NCBI RefSeq assembly: GCF_009914755.1
Contig: NC_060926.1
Length of the DNA stretch: 64,000 nucleotides
Strand: one strand, 5' to 3'
Source of the DNA: the human T2T-CHM13v2.0 reference genome, Homo sapiens
The position numbers and the translations under genes are program-made. Below are positions 13,939 to 27,300 of the stretch, one piece after another (position 1 is the stretch's first letter; every line of letters begins with the position of its first letter). The notes beneath the pieces are model-generated. The model made no database searches and had not been told where the DNA came from. It saw only the letters and a program-made list of their open reading frames with translations.

Positions 13939-14088
13939 TTTTTTTATGATTAGCAAGATTTTTTTAATTATACTTTAAGTTTTAGGGTACATGTGCACAA
14001 TGTGCAAGTTAGTTACATATGTATACATGTGCCATGTTGGTGTGCTGCACCCACCAACTTGTCATTTAACATTAGGTATATCTCCCAA
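13939..14088 (-). mobile_element. Young L1 (L1PA2/3-like) 3' end, ~150 bp
   Basis: tatactttaagttttagggtacatgtgcacaatgtgcaagttagttac; perfect 15-bp TSD tcagcattcattttt at 13924 and 14089. Confidence 0.9.
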
Positions 14089-14103
14089 TCAGCATTCATT
14101 TTT

Positions 14104-15264
<1,161 letters not shown>

Positions 15265-15310
15265 CATCAGCATTCTTGGGTAGGATTTCTGGTGACCCTG
15301 TGCTGGTCCC

Positions 15311-15791
15311 TGTGTGCTCCATCATCAGGGTCAGGGAAGCATACAGATGGCACACTCCAGTGGAGGAACTGAGGAGAGCTTGGTGAAGAGATTATTCTCA
15401 GAAGTGTGGGCAGTGTTGAGATACTAACAAGGGGTGTTGAAGTGCCTTGTGTAACAGTGTAGAGTCATTATCACCCCTGGGCCTGAGGGGACAAGGAGAA
15501 GGCATGAGGACAGAGAGCCTAGAGAGAGCTACATCTGCAGGAGAGGACTGCCCAGCAGAAGCTGTCGACTTCTCTAGAACCTGTGCTAACCCAGCAGGGA
15601 GAAAACTGGGGGGATAAATACCCCATTCTCTCTCCCCTTCCTTGTTCTTGTCTTCTGCAGGTGCCTCCTGTTGGACAAATGTAGCTGGAAGTCTGTGATA
15701 ATTTCCATCAAGGTCAGTCTCTTGGGCATAGAGCAGGATAGTAACAGGTGGAGGCTGGGTCTACAGTGGTAGACAAGATATATCCAGCACA
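15311..15791 (-). mobile_element. LTR33-family ERVL solo LTR
   Basis: acagatggcacactc...gggataaatacccc...ggtcagtctcttgggcatagagcagg...tatccagcaca, matching recalled LTR33 in reverse. Confidence 0.75.
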
Positions 15792-16584
15792 TGAGTGGAA
15801 TTCCTCTTTGGTCCACAGGATCTTCTACCCATTGTTGGGAGTGCAGTTACTTCTCAAACCACAGGCTTTTCTCTGCTGCCCTAGGCTGCTTCAGTGAGTC
15901 ACTTACCCTTTAGGGTTCTCAAGAGTGTGAGTTAGTCGCCATTCCACCACAACCAGGAAGCATGTGAGCTCTAAAAATTCCACTGAAGCTCCTTACTCTA
16001 GGCTTGAGGTGAGGGACAAATTCTTCCCCAAATTCTTCTTGCGGGGAAGATGAGACTCATAGCACACCAGTAACTTTCTCCAAATAGTCTTCTGTAATCT
16101 CCAACTACCTAGACTTTTATGCCCTCAGTAGAGATGAGGAGAAGGGTAAAATCTAGGAAACTGCAATCTTTACGCAGTCCTTTCACACCTCACTGTGAAA
16201 TATGCTGGCTATGGGCTAGGAACTTTAGCAGAAACTGGGGCTGAATTGGTTGTATTTTAACATCCTGTAACAAACATCATATGCAGTCCATATCCCTAAA
16301 AGTTTGTATATTTTGGTAAATATAAACACATTTTTAAGAAAGTCATCTAAGTCAGAAATGGGAAAGATTGCTTTATATTTGGGATTACTTCATATTTGGG
16401 GATATAAGATATGCTTTCTTTGACATTTTCCCAATGTAGAAACACAGGCCAAATAGGATAACTCATGAATTCCATGAAATTTATCCAAGTATCTCTTAGC
16501 TTTAAGTAGCTAAAACCTAAATTAGGTAAATGAAAATATTTCAACATTTGGTAAGGTGTGCCTAAATTAAAGTTCACACTAGAA

Positions 16585-16610
16585 ACATTCTTGTTTAATT
16601 TCAGGTGAGT
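16585..16610 (+). promoter_or_regulatory. Candidate recursive splice site (3'ss directly followed by 5'ss)
   Basis: acattcttgtttaatttcag|gtgagt: pyrimidine-rich tract plus CAG abutting a consensus GTGAGT. Confidence 0.35.
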
Positions 16611-17189
16611 TCAGTAGAGTAGTTTCCTTGGCATAAATAATTTCACATCTAACTGTTTATACTTTTAAATGTATTTTAATTGTGAAGGCCTAATTTCTGA
16701 ATTTAGTTTAGAATAAACCTCTAGCCATTTTCTTTCTTATGTATGTGATCCCCAAAGCAGACGTGTCCTAGGCATCAGTTTTCTTATCTAATCAGAGAAC
16801 CAGTGAAGAAAGGAGGAACCTGTCATCTCCATGCAGAAGCAAGGGATTAAGTGATTAAGCTGTCATTTCTCAAAGCCTTTCTCCAATGCTTGCCCCATAA
16901 GTTTTGGGTTTTAAATGAGTTTAGTGGAATTCTGCAGTCTTAACATATGGCACATATCCATGACTTCAGTAAATTACAGGTACTAACTTTTGTTCTTTCT
17001 GGTGCAGATGTGTTATCATTTTGCTCTGTTTTGTTTTATAATGTCAGCCTTCTCTGTGTTATTAATGTAGTGTCATGTGCTACCATTTTAGGTAAAAAGC
17101 TTTTTCTGTTATTTCCTATGAATCTCCTAGGAATGGACCCATTTGGAGAACCAGACTGTTCATTCTTTCCTTTCCCTCCTTTTCTCTTC

Positions 17190-17560
17190 TTCCACTCCTT
17201 CAAAGTATTGGTTGAGTTGCTATATTATGTGTCACAGGCATTGTTCCAGGTGTTGGAGAATCTGAAATGAAACACAAAGTCCCCCTGCTCCAGGAGCTTG
17301 CTATCGCCATCCAATGGAAAGGAAAGCAACAAGTAAATAAAAACTGCCACATGATATACATGTCAGACAGGAGACACATGGTATAATGAGAATACCACAA
17401 AGGGGCCTAATGGGGTGACCCAAGGTGGGTCCTGAGGGTTTATGAGGCAATAGTTCCATAATCAAGGAGAAGAAAGGCAACCCTGGGCGGAGAGCACAGC
17501 ATGGGAAGGCCAAGACCAGGGAATCCCTGGCATTTGAGCAGTCAACAATCTCAGCGTCAG
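17190..17560 (-). mobile_element. L2 fragment
   Basis: tatattatgtgtcacaggcattgttccaggtgttggaga...acaaagtccccctgctccaggagctt. Confidence 0.6.
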
Positions 17561-17649
17561 CCATGTTCATGGTGTGGTACAGTGGTACTTTTGTGGAGGC
17601 ATACATTTTAAATTCATGCCCTGGGTGGCCAGTGTACAGGAGGAAATCA

Positions 17650-17762
17650 CTTAATGGGGGGGCGTGTGCCCAGCTGGCTGCTGGTATCTGCTTCTTTGTT
17701 TGGCTCTGTCTTTTGCTTGCTATCCTAGATGCAATAACTCCTATGAAATGAAAGCAAGAACT
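17650..17762 (+). repeat. Local direct repeat, copy 1 (113 bp)
   Basis: Matches 19118-19233 with 2 substitutions and one 3-bp indel. Confidence 0.97.
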
Positions 17763-18199
17763 TTCTGTCTTAGTGACAAATGGTCATCTTATGAGAGTTG
17801 AAAGGTTAAATTGTCACATGAGTTTATGCACAGGAAATGTGATTTGGGGGAGAAACAAGTGCCTCTGCAAACATTTTTGTATTTGGGAAGTGGGGATGAT
17901 TGCAAGGTTTATGCCTGCAGCGACAGGGAGGGGGCTGCATACATCATGTTGTGTGAAGAGACGGGGCATTGGAGGAAGAGCAGGTTTGTTCAAGGTGACG
18001 GGGAAGAGGGAAAGGGAAAGGAGGGAGAAGAAAGATGGAAGGAGATGATGAATTCTGTTGAGTTTGAAGAGAGATCCAGGCCAGAAATGCTGGTTAGGAA
18101 GGCATTGGTGCTGCATGGTAGTGGAAGTCACAGGGGTGGACTAGGTCATTTGAAGAATGCACAGAGAGATGAGAGGGCTAAGGAAAAATCTGAGGAACA

Positions 18200-18513
18200 G
18201 CACAGGGCATTTTTAGGGTAGTGAAACTATTCTGTATGATACTGAGGATATGGTAGATAAATGACATTATATAGTTGTCAAAAGTCATAGAACTACATAA
18301 CACAAAGAAAACTCTATTGTAAACTTTGGAATTTAGTTAATAATAATGTATCAATATTGGTTTATCAGTTGTAACAAATGTACCACCAGAATGCAAGAGG
18401 TTAATAATAGGAGAAATTGTGCAGTGTGGGGAGAGGTGAATATTGTAGGAGCACTGTATTTTCTGTAAACCTAAAACTGCTCTAAAAATAAAGTCTATTA
18501 ATTAAAAAAAAAA
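18200..18513 (+). mobile_element. L1MC1/2 3' end
   Basis: tttttagggtagtgaaactattctgtatgatact...ttctgtaaacctaaaactgctctaaaaataaagtctattaatt(A)n. Confidence 0.85.
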
Positions 18514-19117
18514 GCCAGTGAAGATCAGTTATGTGCATAGCAGCTATACTTCTGCAGAATCTCCTTGGTGAGCGTGCTTTTTTCAGGCTTACATAATACA
18601 GTTAAAAGAAAGAAAAATAACACTCCCCTCACAGAGAAATAATCAGCTGAACAAATCACTAGTTATCAGAATGCAGGCTGTAGTACATCCTGTTTTTCTA
18701 ACTCCTCTAAATTTACTAGTAAAGCAACCCAAATTGCATGGAGGAGGGGAGGTCATTGCTTGCTGTCAAGGCTGCACTAATGACATTAGGGTGGCATTAG
18801 CGTACCAGGGCTCTCCTAGTCCTCACTACACCACATTTTGAATGAGTTTTGCTTGGACAAGTGTTGAGGGTGAGGTGGCGGGAGAGGGAAGGAGAGAGAT
18901 AGCTTGTGCTTTGTCCTATTACCTGAACCAGACTCAATTGTCAAACATTTTTAGTGTCGTTTTCCTGTGCTCACGGAATCCTGAGAGTGTAGCACTACTG
19001 TGGGGAGGGCAGGAGCCAACAGGTATAGCTGGCTTATCCCAGCATTTCTTCCTTCCCATCTGTGCACAGCGTAAGTGGCACAGTCCACAGAGTCCGCTCC
19101 CATTTTCTCTCTTCCCC

Positions 19118-19233
19118 CTTAATGGGGCGGGGGCGTGAGCCCAGCTGGCTGCTGGTATCTGCTTCTTTGTTTGGCTCTGTCTTTTGCTTGCTATCCTAAA
19201 TGCAATAACTCCTATGAAATGAAAGCAAGAACT
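19118..19233 (+). repeat. Local direct repeat, copy 2 (116 bp), with GC-box ggggcggggg
   Basis: Matches 17650-17762; followed by a 15-bp tandem duplication tcaaagctcaagtgg x2. Confidence 0.97.
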
Positions 19234-20062
19234 CAAAGCTCAAGTGGTCAAAGCTCAAGTGGCAGCCAAGTGGTTTCTTGTGATCTGCTGAGGTCGGCTT
19301 CTGATAATTAGAAGTGACAGGTGATGACTATGTTATCATAACCTGCAGCCACACCACCTTCTTCTGGTTCTGAGACAATGTGTAGTAGAAATGGTTATTT
19401 GTTCATCGAGCTGGTCCCCACAATTCACACCCAAAGAGGCCTTTTCATGGCCCTGCACGCACTGATGGCTGTTTCAGGTAGACAAGCCCAGCAGTGTGGG
19501 AACCCAGATATCTCCCATTCTGTGTGAAGGAGCTACCTAGTTTCTGGAATTTAACTAGATTAGAACCTCAAGTGATGCATTATAGGTCTGAAGAAGCATG
19601 CCAATCATGACCTTTATCTTCCATTTTATGAACCCTTGGAGTGGAGCCTTTAGAAAGAGGAAACAGCAGAGAGAGGGCCTTACCTTGTGGCCCATGTGGT
19701 GACATTTTAGGAGCTGCAAAAAGGGTCCCTTTGCCTCCCAAAAAGTTCCCTGAGGCTGATTCATTTAATTCTATATTTAATGTTTCATTTAGTAACACTT
19801 TAGATTGAGGATTATTGTTTTATGTTAAAATATAAATACCTTCTGGGTATTAACTCTTTTCAGTTATAGCCTTTATGGTAAAGGAGTTGCCAAGGGCTCA
19901 GAATTTGATAAGGCAAATGGAGGAGAAAGCATGAGGGCTTAGTGGGTGGGAGTGGTGGAGAGTGATATGGAGCGAGACAGAAACTGAAAACTGAGGCCAG
20001 AGGAGAAGAAACTGTGCCTATTTATTCAGTTTTTCCTGGGAGTTTCCTTGAGAAGAATGGAG

Positions 20063-20065
<3 letters not shown>

Positions 20066-20107
<42 letters not shown>
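20066..20107. repeat. (TG)21 microsatellite
   Basis: Perfect dinucleotide run. Confidence 0.98.
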
Positions 20108-20108
<1 letters not shown>

Positions 20109-20744
20109 TATGAGATTGCTTGTGCGCCTGTGTGCATGTGTGTATGTGTATGTGTTGAACGATACTGTGGAAAGTTTGGGATAAGAAATGATAACTGGGA
20201 AGAGCCAGACATCGAATGCAATATTCTCAACTAACATTCTTCTTAGAATGATGCTTGGTTCCCTGGAGACTTTATGATCATGAGTGCTAAATGTGTGAGG
20301 GGTGTGTGTAGGGAGGCAGAAACAGTGATGGTTTCATAGATGTCCAAGTTGCTGCTACCTTTGTAAAATCATTATTTGTCCCTTCATCTCTAGCCTGTTA
20401 GGTACCAATGTATTTATTGCCCACTCGAACTACTTCCTCTCATCATGGGGGCCTCCTGTTTTTGAGGCAACATAGGAAATTAGGACTGATGACGCTGCAT
20501 CAGAAAAGCTTTTGTTTTCACTTGGTTTAAGTCTGATAGAGAAGTTGGCTACATAGAACCTCCACAGGCAGTTGCTCCAATGACTTAAAATGAATTTGTC
20601 CTTCTGCCTCAACTCTCCACAGTTAGCATGTGCTCATTCACCCACTCCTTTTTATGGCCCTTGGATTCACCCAATCCAAGGTGAACTACTTCCTTACTTC
20701 TATGTCTTCACTGTCTTACGATCTTGATCAAACAGACAACACAC

Positions 20745-21135
20745 TCAACGAAGGTGTGGGTGGGAACGGAACCCACCCACATGATTGTGAATCACCTAGA
20801 GACTGGCAGCAGAAGAAAATCACTGCCACCCTAAGCCTTGAGTGGCCAGAGGAGAGAGACACATTCATTTTCAGAACTAGTGAGAGCTACAGCTCTGGTA
20901 AGGAACCTCCCAACAGGAGTTGTGGCCATGGGTAGGACAGCTCAAGACCATAAGCTGGCAAGGAAAGATCACAGAGGAACCAGTATCCTGATCTTTCTCT
21001 ATTCAGCTATTTCTTCCCATTGGTGGAAGCCCAAGAGAAACACAAGACCAGGGTCCCTAAAGGTCAGCTTCTCAAGGCACAGAGCAGGGCACAGAAAGGT
21101 GGTGTGTCATACTGGAGGGGCAAAAAAGCTGGCAC
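20745..21135 (-). mobile_element. Degenerate LTR33-like ERVL LTR
   Basis: Similar to the 15311-15791 element (ggtcagcttctcaaggcacagagcagggc...actggaggggcaaa). Confidence 0.55.
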
Positions 21136-22179
21136 CATCTCACTTTCTGCATGTATAAAATGAAGACGTAAACTGCCAGGATTGAATGTGATCTACATAC
21201 AATCATTTAGCACAGCACCTGGACAATAAAAAGGACCCTATAAATGTAGTTTAGTAGTAGCAGTGATAGTAATATTAGAACATTTTTACTACATTTTAGC
21301 TATATCATAAGTAAGTGGCTCTCCCTGTAGCCTAATAATTAACATCCCTTATCATATCCTAAAATTTGTAAGAAATAGGCTTAAGTGAGACTTGCTTGTT
21401 TAGTGATATTCATACCTGTAGATGTGAATGTATAGCTACATGCTTCTTTAATTTGGACAGAGAGAAATGTAGAGAGTTGTGATTTCATGATTTCAATTCT
21501 ACAGAATTCTATAGATTAGATGTGTAGGGCGTTGCTGCCCTAATGGATACCATAACAAAGAAATACCCCATCTTTTCCTCTCTCCATGACTGAGCATCTG
21601 CCTTAGTGCAGATTCTGGAAAGGAGGGGATGGACCATGAAATTTAAATTGCATATATAGATGTGGCTATGGAAATCATATAGAACCAACATTCCTCCCTT
21701 TCTTCCCTCTCCTACATATTGTATATGTAATACATATGTGTGTGTGTGTGCTTATCCACAGAGTGTGTGAGTTTGAGGAAAAAAACAAGATAAAACACAT
21801 TCCGTAGGTAGTGCAGTCACACATAGCTGAAAAACCTGTATCAGTTATCAATTATCTATTTGTTTGGAGCAAATTCCTGCAAATCATTAAATATACAAAT
21901 TTCCACTTTCATTGTTAAATTACCCAAAGTATAATCTCAAATAACCTCTGACCTCCTGGAGTTGATGACAGTTTTATACTGAAAATAGAATTTTTTTTTG
22001 TACATCTATAGTGTATCTTAAATTACCTAAAAGAAAGATGATGCCAGGGTAGTTAAGGAGGGAGGTTTCAGTTTTGGCCAAGTTTCGTACATCTTAATTG
22101 CGATACTTTGCACCCCATGGATACCTGTGAGTGCAAAAATGTCTGCTTTGTTTGGACTTATATTTATTTTTATTGTCTT

Positions 22180-22295
22180 CCCACTTTTATTTTAGATTCA
22201 AGGGATACATGTACAGGTTTGTTATCTGGCTATATTGTGTGATGCCGAGGTTTGGGGTACAAATGATCTTGCCACCCAGGTACTGGTCATAGTTG
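22180..22295 (-). mobile_element. Old L1PA (L1PA15/16-like) 3' end
   Basis: acttttattttagattcaagggatacatgtacaggtttgttat...gaggtttggggtacaaatgatc. Confidence 0.75.
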
Positions 22296-23204
22296 TTTGT
22301 AGTTTTAGAAGAAAAAATGAATGAGACTCAATTTAACACTGGTAATATCCCTTCTTTCCCAGGGAAATTTAGTGAGTTGAAAGTTGCAAGAGTAATGCTG
22401 TTAGTGTTAGTCACTTTTCAAAAGTGTTTTGCCATTTAATATTCATTTTTGGGGTCTTCTGTGTGGTCATGTGGGCCTACTATATTATACTTTGAAGAGA
22501 TCAGTGAAGTCATATGGTTTAAAGTTTCACTTGATGAATGAGCAAACTGGTGTTCACAGGGGCAAAGTGACTTATTCGAGGTGATAACACTGGTGAGCTG
22601 GAGAACAACCTGCTATCACTTTATTTCCCTTTTTTTTTTTTTTATCTTGGAGACTTTTATTGAAAGGAACTATTCAAACTTTTCAAACTTTTAAGGTCCA
22701 TATTTCTGAGTTCTGAGTGTTCTAATTTGATTATTCATAAAAAATATGCACAGTTCCTATTCTCATGGAGCGGATAGTTGATTTATGAATATATGTGTAT
22801 GTATCCTGTTAACGAGTCATCATGACTAAATTAACTTAGTTAAGCTACTTAACTTTTCAGAGCCTTAAGTTTCTTATAGGCCCAGCAAGTTTTATTGGAA
22901 AAAAATGGGCTTCGAAGGCAGAGAGATGTGGTGTTTTCTGTTTACTAGCTGTATAAGTAACTCATAGAGGAATAATAGCCTCCTCATGGGGTTGTTTAGA
23001 GGGTAAAATGAGGTAACCTACATAGAATACCTGGTTTATGCATTCCTATTGTATCTGTAAGTTGGAGATGACACTGTGCAACCTATTTACCACATGGCAT
23101 TGTGATTACCATGGAGACAATGGTTGGAAAAGGGCACTGTGAACAGTGAAGTGCTGCTGTCACATCACTTATTGAGGGATTTTTTTTGTTTGCTTAGTTA
23201 TTTC

Positions 23205-24340
23205 AACGTAAGCTTTCTATTGAGGGACAACATGCACACAGAAAACTACACACAAGAGTGTACAACTCTATGAATTTTCACAAAGTGAACATACTTGTGT
23301 AACCAGAACCTAGATAATAAAAGAGAACCTCCTAGAAAGCCCCAAGGTACCCTTTTCCCATCACTACCTCATCTCAAAGATAATTATCCTAACTTCTAAC
23401 TCCATAGATTAATTTCTCCCATTTTGGAACTCTTAACCAATGGAATTATACAGAATGTTCTCTTCCCTTTCTGGCTTCTTTGACTCCTATTATGTTTGAG
23501 AGGTTGATCCATTTTTTTTCTGTGTAGTTGTGGTTCATTCATTCTCATGGCTCTAGAGCAGGGGTTCCCAAACCCCGGTACGGTCTGTGGCTTGTTAGGA
23601 ATCAGGCCCCACAGCAGGAGGTGAGTGGTGGGCAAGCGAGCTAAGCTTCATCTGTATTTACAGTCACTCCCCATCACTCACATTACCACCTGAGCTCTGC
23701 CTCCTGTCAGATCAGTGGCGGCATTAGATTCTCATAGGAGCGCGAAACCCTATTGTGAACTGTGCGTGTGAGGGATCTAGGTTACGTGTTCCTTATAAGA
23801 ATCTAATGACTGATGATCTGTCACTGTCTCCTATCACCCCCAGATGGGACTGTGTAGTTGCAGGAAAACAGCTCAGAGTTTCCACTGATTCTTCATTATG
23901 GTGAGTTGTATAATTATTTCATTATGTATTACAATGTAATAATAATAAAAATAAAGGGCACAATAAATGTAATGTGCTTAAATCATCCCAAAACCATCTC
24001 CACCCCCTGGTCCATGGAAAAATTGTCTTCCACAAAACCAGTCCCTGGTGCCACAAATGTTGGCAACTGCTACTCTAGAGTGTCCTATTGTACCCCACAA
24101 TTTATGTATCTATTCTTCAGTTGATGGGCTTGTGGGTTGTTTCTAATTTTTGGCTTTTATGAATAGTGCTGCCATGAACATTCTTACATGTGTCCTTTGA
24201 GAACATATGTATGCATTTTTGTTGTATATATATCTTGAAATCAAATTTCTGGGTGGTAGGATGGGTATACAAAGGTTTGATTTTAATAAATAGTGACAAA
24301 TAATTTTCCAAAGTGTTTGTACCAATTTACATGACTACAA
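23205..24340 (-). mobile_element. L1ME 3' fragment, split by MER1A
   Basis: atgaattttcacaaagtgaacatacttgtgtaacca...gaatagtgctgccatgaacattctt...ttttccaaagtgtttgtaccaatttac. Confidence 0.75.
23559..24072 (+). mobile_element. MER1A hAT-Charlie element, full length
   Basis: caggggttcccaaacccc...cctgtcagatcagtggcggcattagattctcatagg...; perfect 8-bp TSD ctctagag. Confidence 0.93.
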
Positions 24341-27300
24341 ATATAATATTTTTTAACATCTGTAAAATTGTTACATTCATAGTGGGATATACAAAAATAC
24401 AGCTTGAATCATTGAAAACTGGGTTTATGTTTTTCTCTTTTGTTGACATTCTATTTTAGTTATGTTCTTAGATTGCATGGAATACAGCCTCATTTCCAGT
24501 AACTTAGCTTGTGGGGAAGAAGGGTGTTATTGTAAAGATTCTTATGCATATAAACTCAGAAAAAGCTAAACAGTGAAGCTTTAAAAAGGCCAGAAAAATG
24601 TACAGGTGCCAGGCTGTGGGATCTTGAGTGTTCTGCTCTTTAGGATTGATTCTGGTATCCTGAGGGTCTGTCCATCCTTGTGGGACCTGTATTCTGCAGG
24701 CAGGTACCATAAGGTACTGCTGTAGGCCAGCATCATTCTGAGTGAGCATCTGTTTTGTTTGGTTGCTCTTCTACCATGCACTTTGTTAAACATTTGGTCA
24801 TCATCCTGCTTAAGGGAAGCCCATATTTGCAATCATTTGTCAGGATTTCCAGCCCTCTATGTGAACTATGTTACCATTTCTAAGCAATTAACTTCTGGAA
24901 GCTACCTGCTCTCATTGGTCCCTAAGGAGTAGATGGATGTACTGTCCGCCCTTCTAGATTTAGAGGTTGTTAGATACTCTGTATTTATACTAGATGCTAA
25001 ATGAACTACACAGAATCATAAGAAATTCATAAGAAAACTTTAGCAATCACAATTTTTTAACTAATAATGTGAGTTTTTAAATAATAGACATAATTCTTAA
25101 TGTAAACTTCTACTAAGACTACTTTACAATTTTTTTTAATATCTTAAAAAACAAGGGGCACTTCTTGCCATTTTGTGCTAACTTAGTCTTTATTGGTTGA
25201 ACTAGTGCTAGGCAAGGAAGGAATTAGCTATAGGGAGCAGGGAAGACAGATCTAAACAGTTCTGCACTTATGAGCAAATTAGTGAATAATAGAGATGCTC
25301 CTTATGGAACCCAGGCATGAAAACCATCCTTGGACCTGTCACATCTTGGAATTATGTGCTGGACTCTTTTATTGGTTCGTTGACTTTAGTTGTAGTTTAG
25401 GAAGTGATAGCCAGAAACTTGAACTCTTGCTTCTAGCTTTTAGACCTTCTACTTAAGACAGAAGAACTATGTATTTCACCTCGTCTAACTTCTAGTATTT
25501 CAGATAATTTCTTCTCAGATACTTTTTTTTGGCTCAACCTATGCTTAATATTTTTAGCTAATGCTCACTCTGTCATCATTAAAGTGGTTTGCAGAAGAAT
25601 ATATGGCCTACGCAGAAGAATATATGGTCTATGCAAATAACTTCTCACTGTACATTCTCTATACAGACCTATACAAATATTTTCATAAAACTTCTGAGCT
25701 GGAGGTGGAACTATTACAAAGTGTTGTGGTTGAAAAAGGTTGATGGATTGAGGTTATTCCTCAAGACCTCTTTCCACCACAAAACTGAATATCCTAATTA
25801 GAGAATCCATTAGAAGGAACTTGACCAAGTCTGTGGCTTAATTTATGCCTCAAAGTGAAGTGATTAATATTATTCAATGCATGCATAGGACCAGAAATTC
25901 TTATTTGAATAAGTTATTCAACTTATAGGGTAATTAAAAACTGAAAGTAAACTGTCATTTCACTGCTATATTCCTATATATTAAATTAAACTTTAAACAT
26001 TATTTAAGGATTCAATGTAATATATTTAGCTTTTTTTTTTTAAAAGCAAGTCTGGAAGCTGGGCCAATTTCTACAAATGTTCTGCTCAGTAGCTAGCCTT
26101 TTGTGGAAACTCAATAGATCTTAAACACTTGGTTCATTTAAATTACTCTTCTTTTTGCTTTCAGGAAAGATTGAGAAGAGTTACAGGGAAGTTTAGTGGA
26201 TTAGTCATTCAGTTCCTTGATGGATCACTTGCATGTGCCAATGCCAGGGAACATTTAACTGATTAAAACATTCTGAATGAATTTGTCATTTGGGGGTACT
26301 CTTTGAATGAATATCTTTATTGCATTGACTGTGTCCTACTGATATGACTTAGGCTTACTTCCAACATTAATTCTAAAGAGGCTCTGGCTAACTTATCTGT
26401 AGAATGTGTGTCCAAGTCAAGTTCGTGATGTATTTGGTTAAAAAAAACTTTGTGGCTCTTGAAAGAAATACAAAGATTTAGTAGTCAGTATTGTTTATAA
26501 AGTCTAGGGTGGTCATATTTAAATAATAAATCTAAGAATTAGATGAGTACTGTTACACATTTTTGTTAATAAATCTTAAATACTGGAAAGAATAGACTTA
26601 AGAAAAATATTCCAACATTGAAAACCTAAGTATCTAAACATATTTCAGTCTCATATGCCAAAAAATATGAAATTATAGCATTTTTGGTCAGGATAAACGC
26701 CTCCTGCATCTTTTTGTATAAGAAGTATTTTGAATGAAAATAGACTTGCCATGTCAGACTATTTGAAATTTAAGTTCTGTTTTCAATTTTAGGTTCTTAA
26801 AAAGGTCCAACTTAGCCAATGAACATAAAAGTGCTTACTGCTAATTTAGCTGCTGCTGCAGAACATGAAAGGAAATCATGAGGCCATTAACACATCTAGA
26901 AATAGTCATTTTCTAGCTTTCGGTTCCTAAGATAGCTTAGTGAAAATAAAATATTCAGACAAGGCAGGGTAGGGAGGTGAGTTTTTAAAGGATTTTCTTT
27001 TTAAACTTTCCTTCCTTCCACCCTCGCTCCCTCACTTCCACCCTCCTTTATTTCTCCTTCTTTATGTGTGTTAACTTAGAACTTCACTTCAAGATTTTCC
27101 GAGTGCTAAGTGATAGGGGCAGTGAGATATACGCTTTATCTCCCTGCGTAGGCAATGAGTAAAAAAGATGTGAAATTATGGCAAATTCACCAGCAGATTT
27201 CAAAGGTGAAAATGCCCTTCTTGTACCAGGGTTAATATGATCTCCAGCCATCCATTCACAGATCATGCTCACTCTGTTGATGGCAAAGGAAAGTTCTCTT

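Noticed and set aside
24581-24832. Minus-strand ORF with faint Gypsy-integrase-like words (LAYSST, DGQT)
   Set aside because: Motif order and spacing do not fit; not supportable without an HMM search
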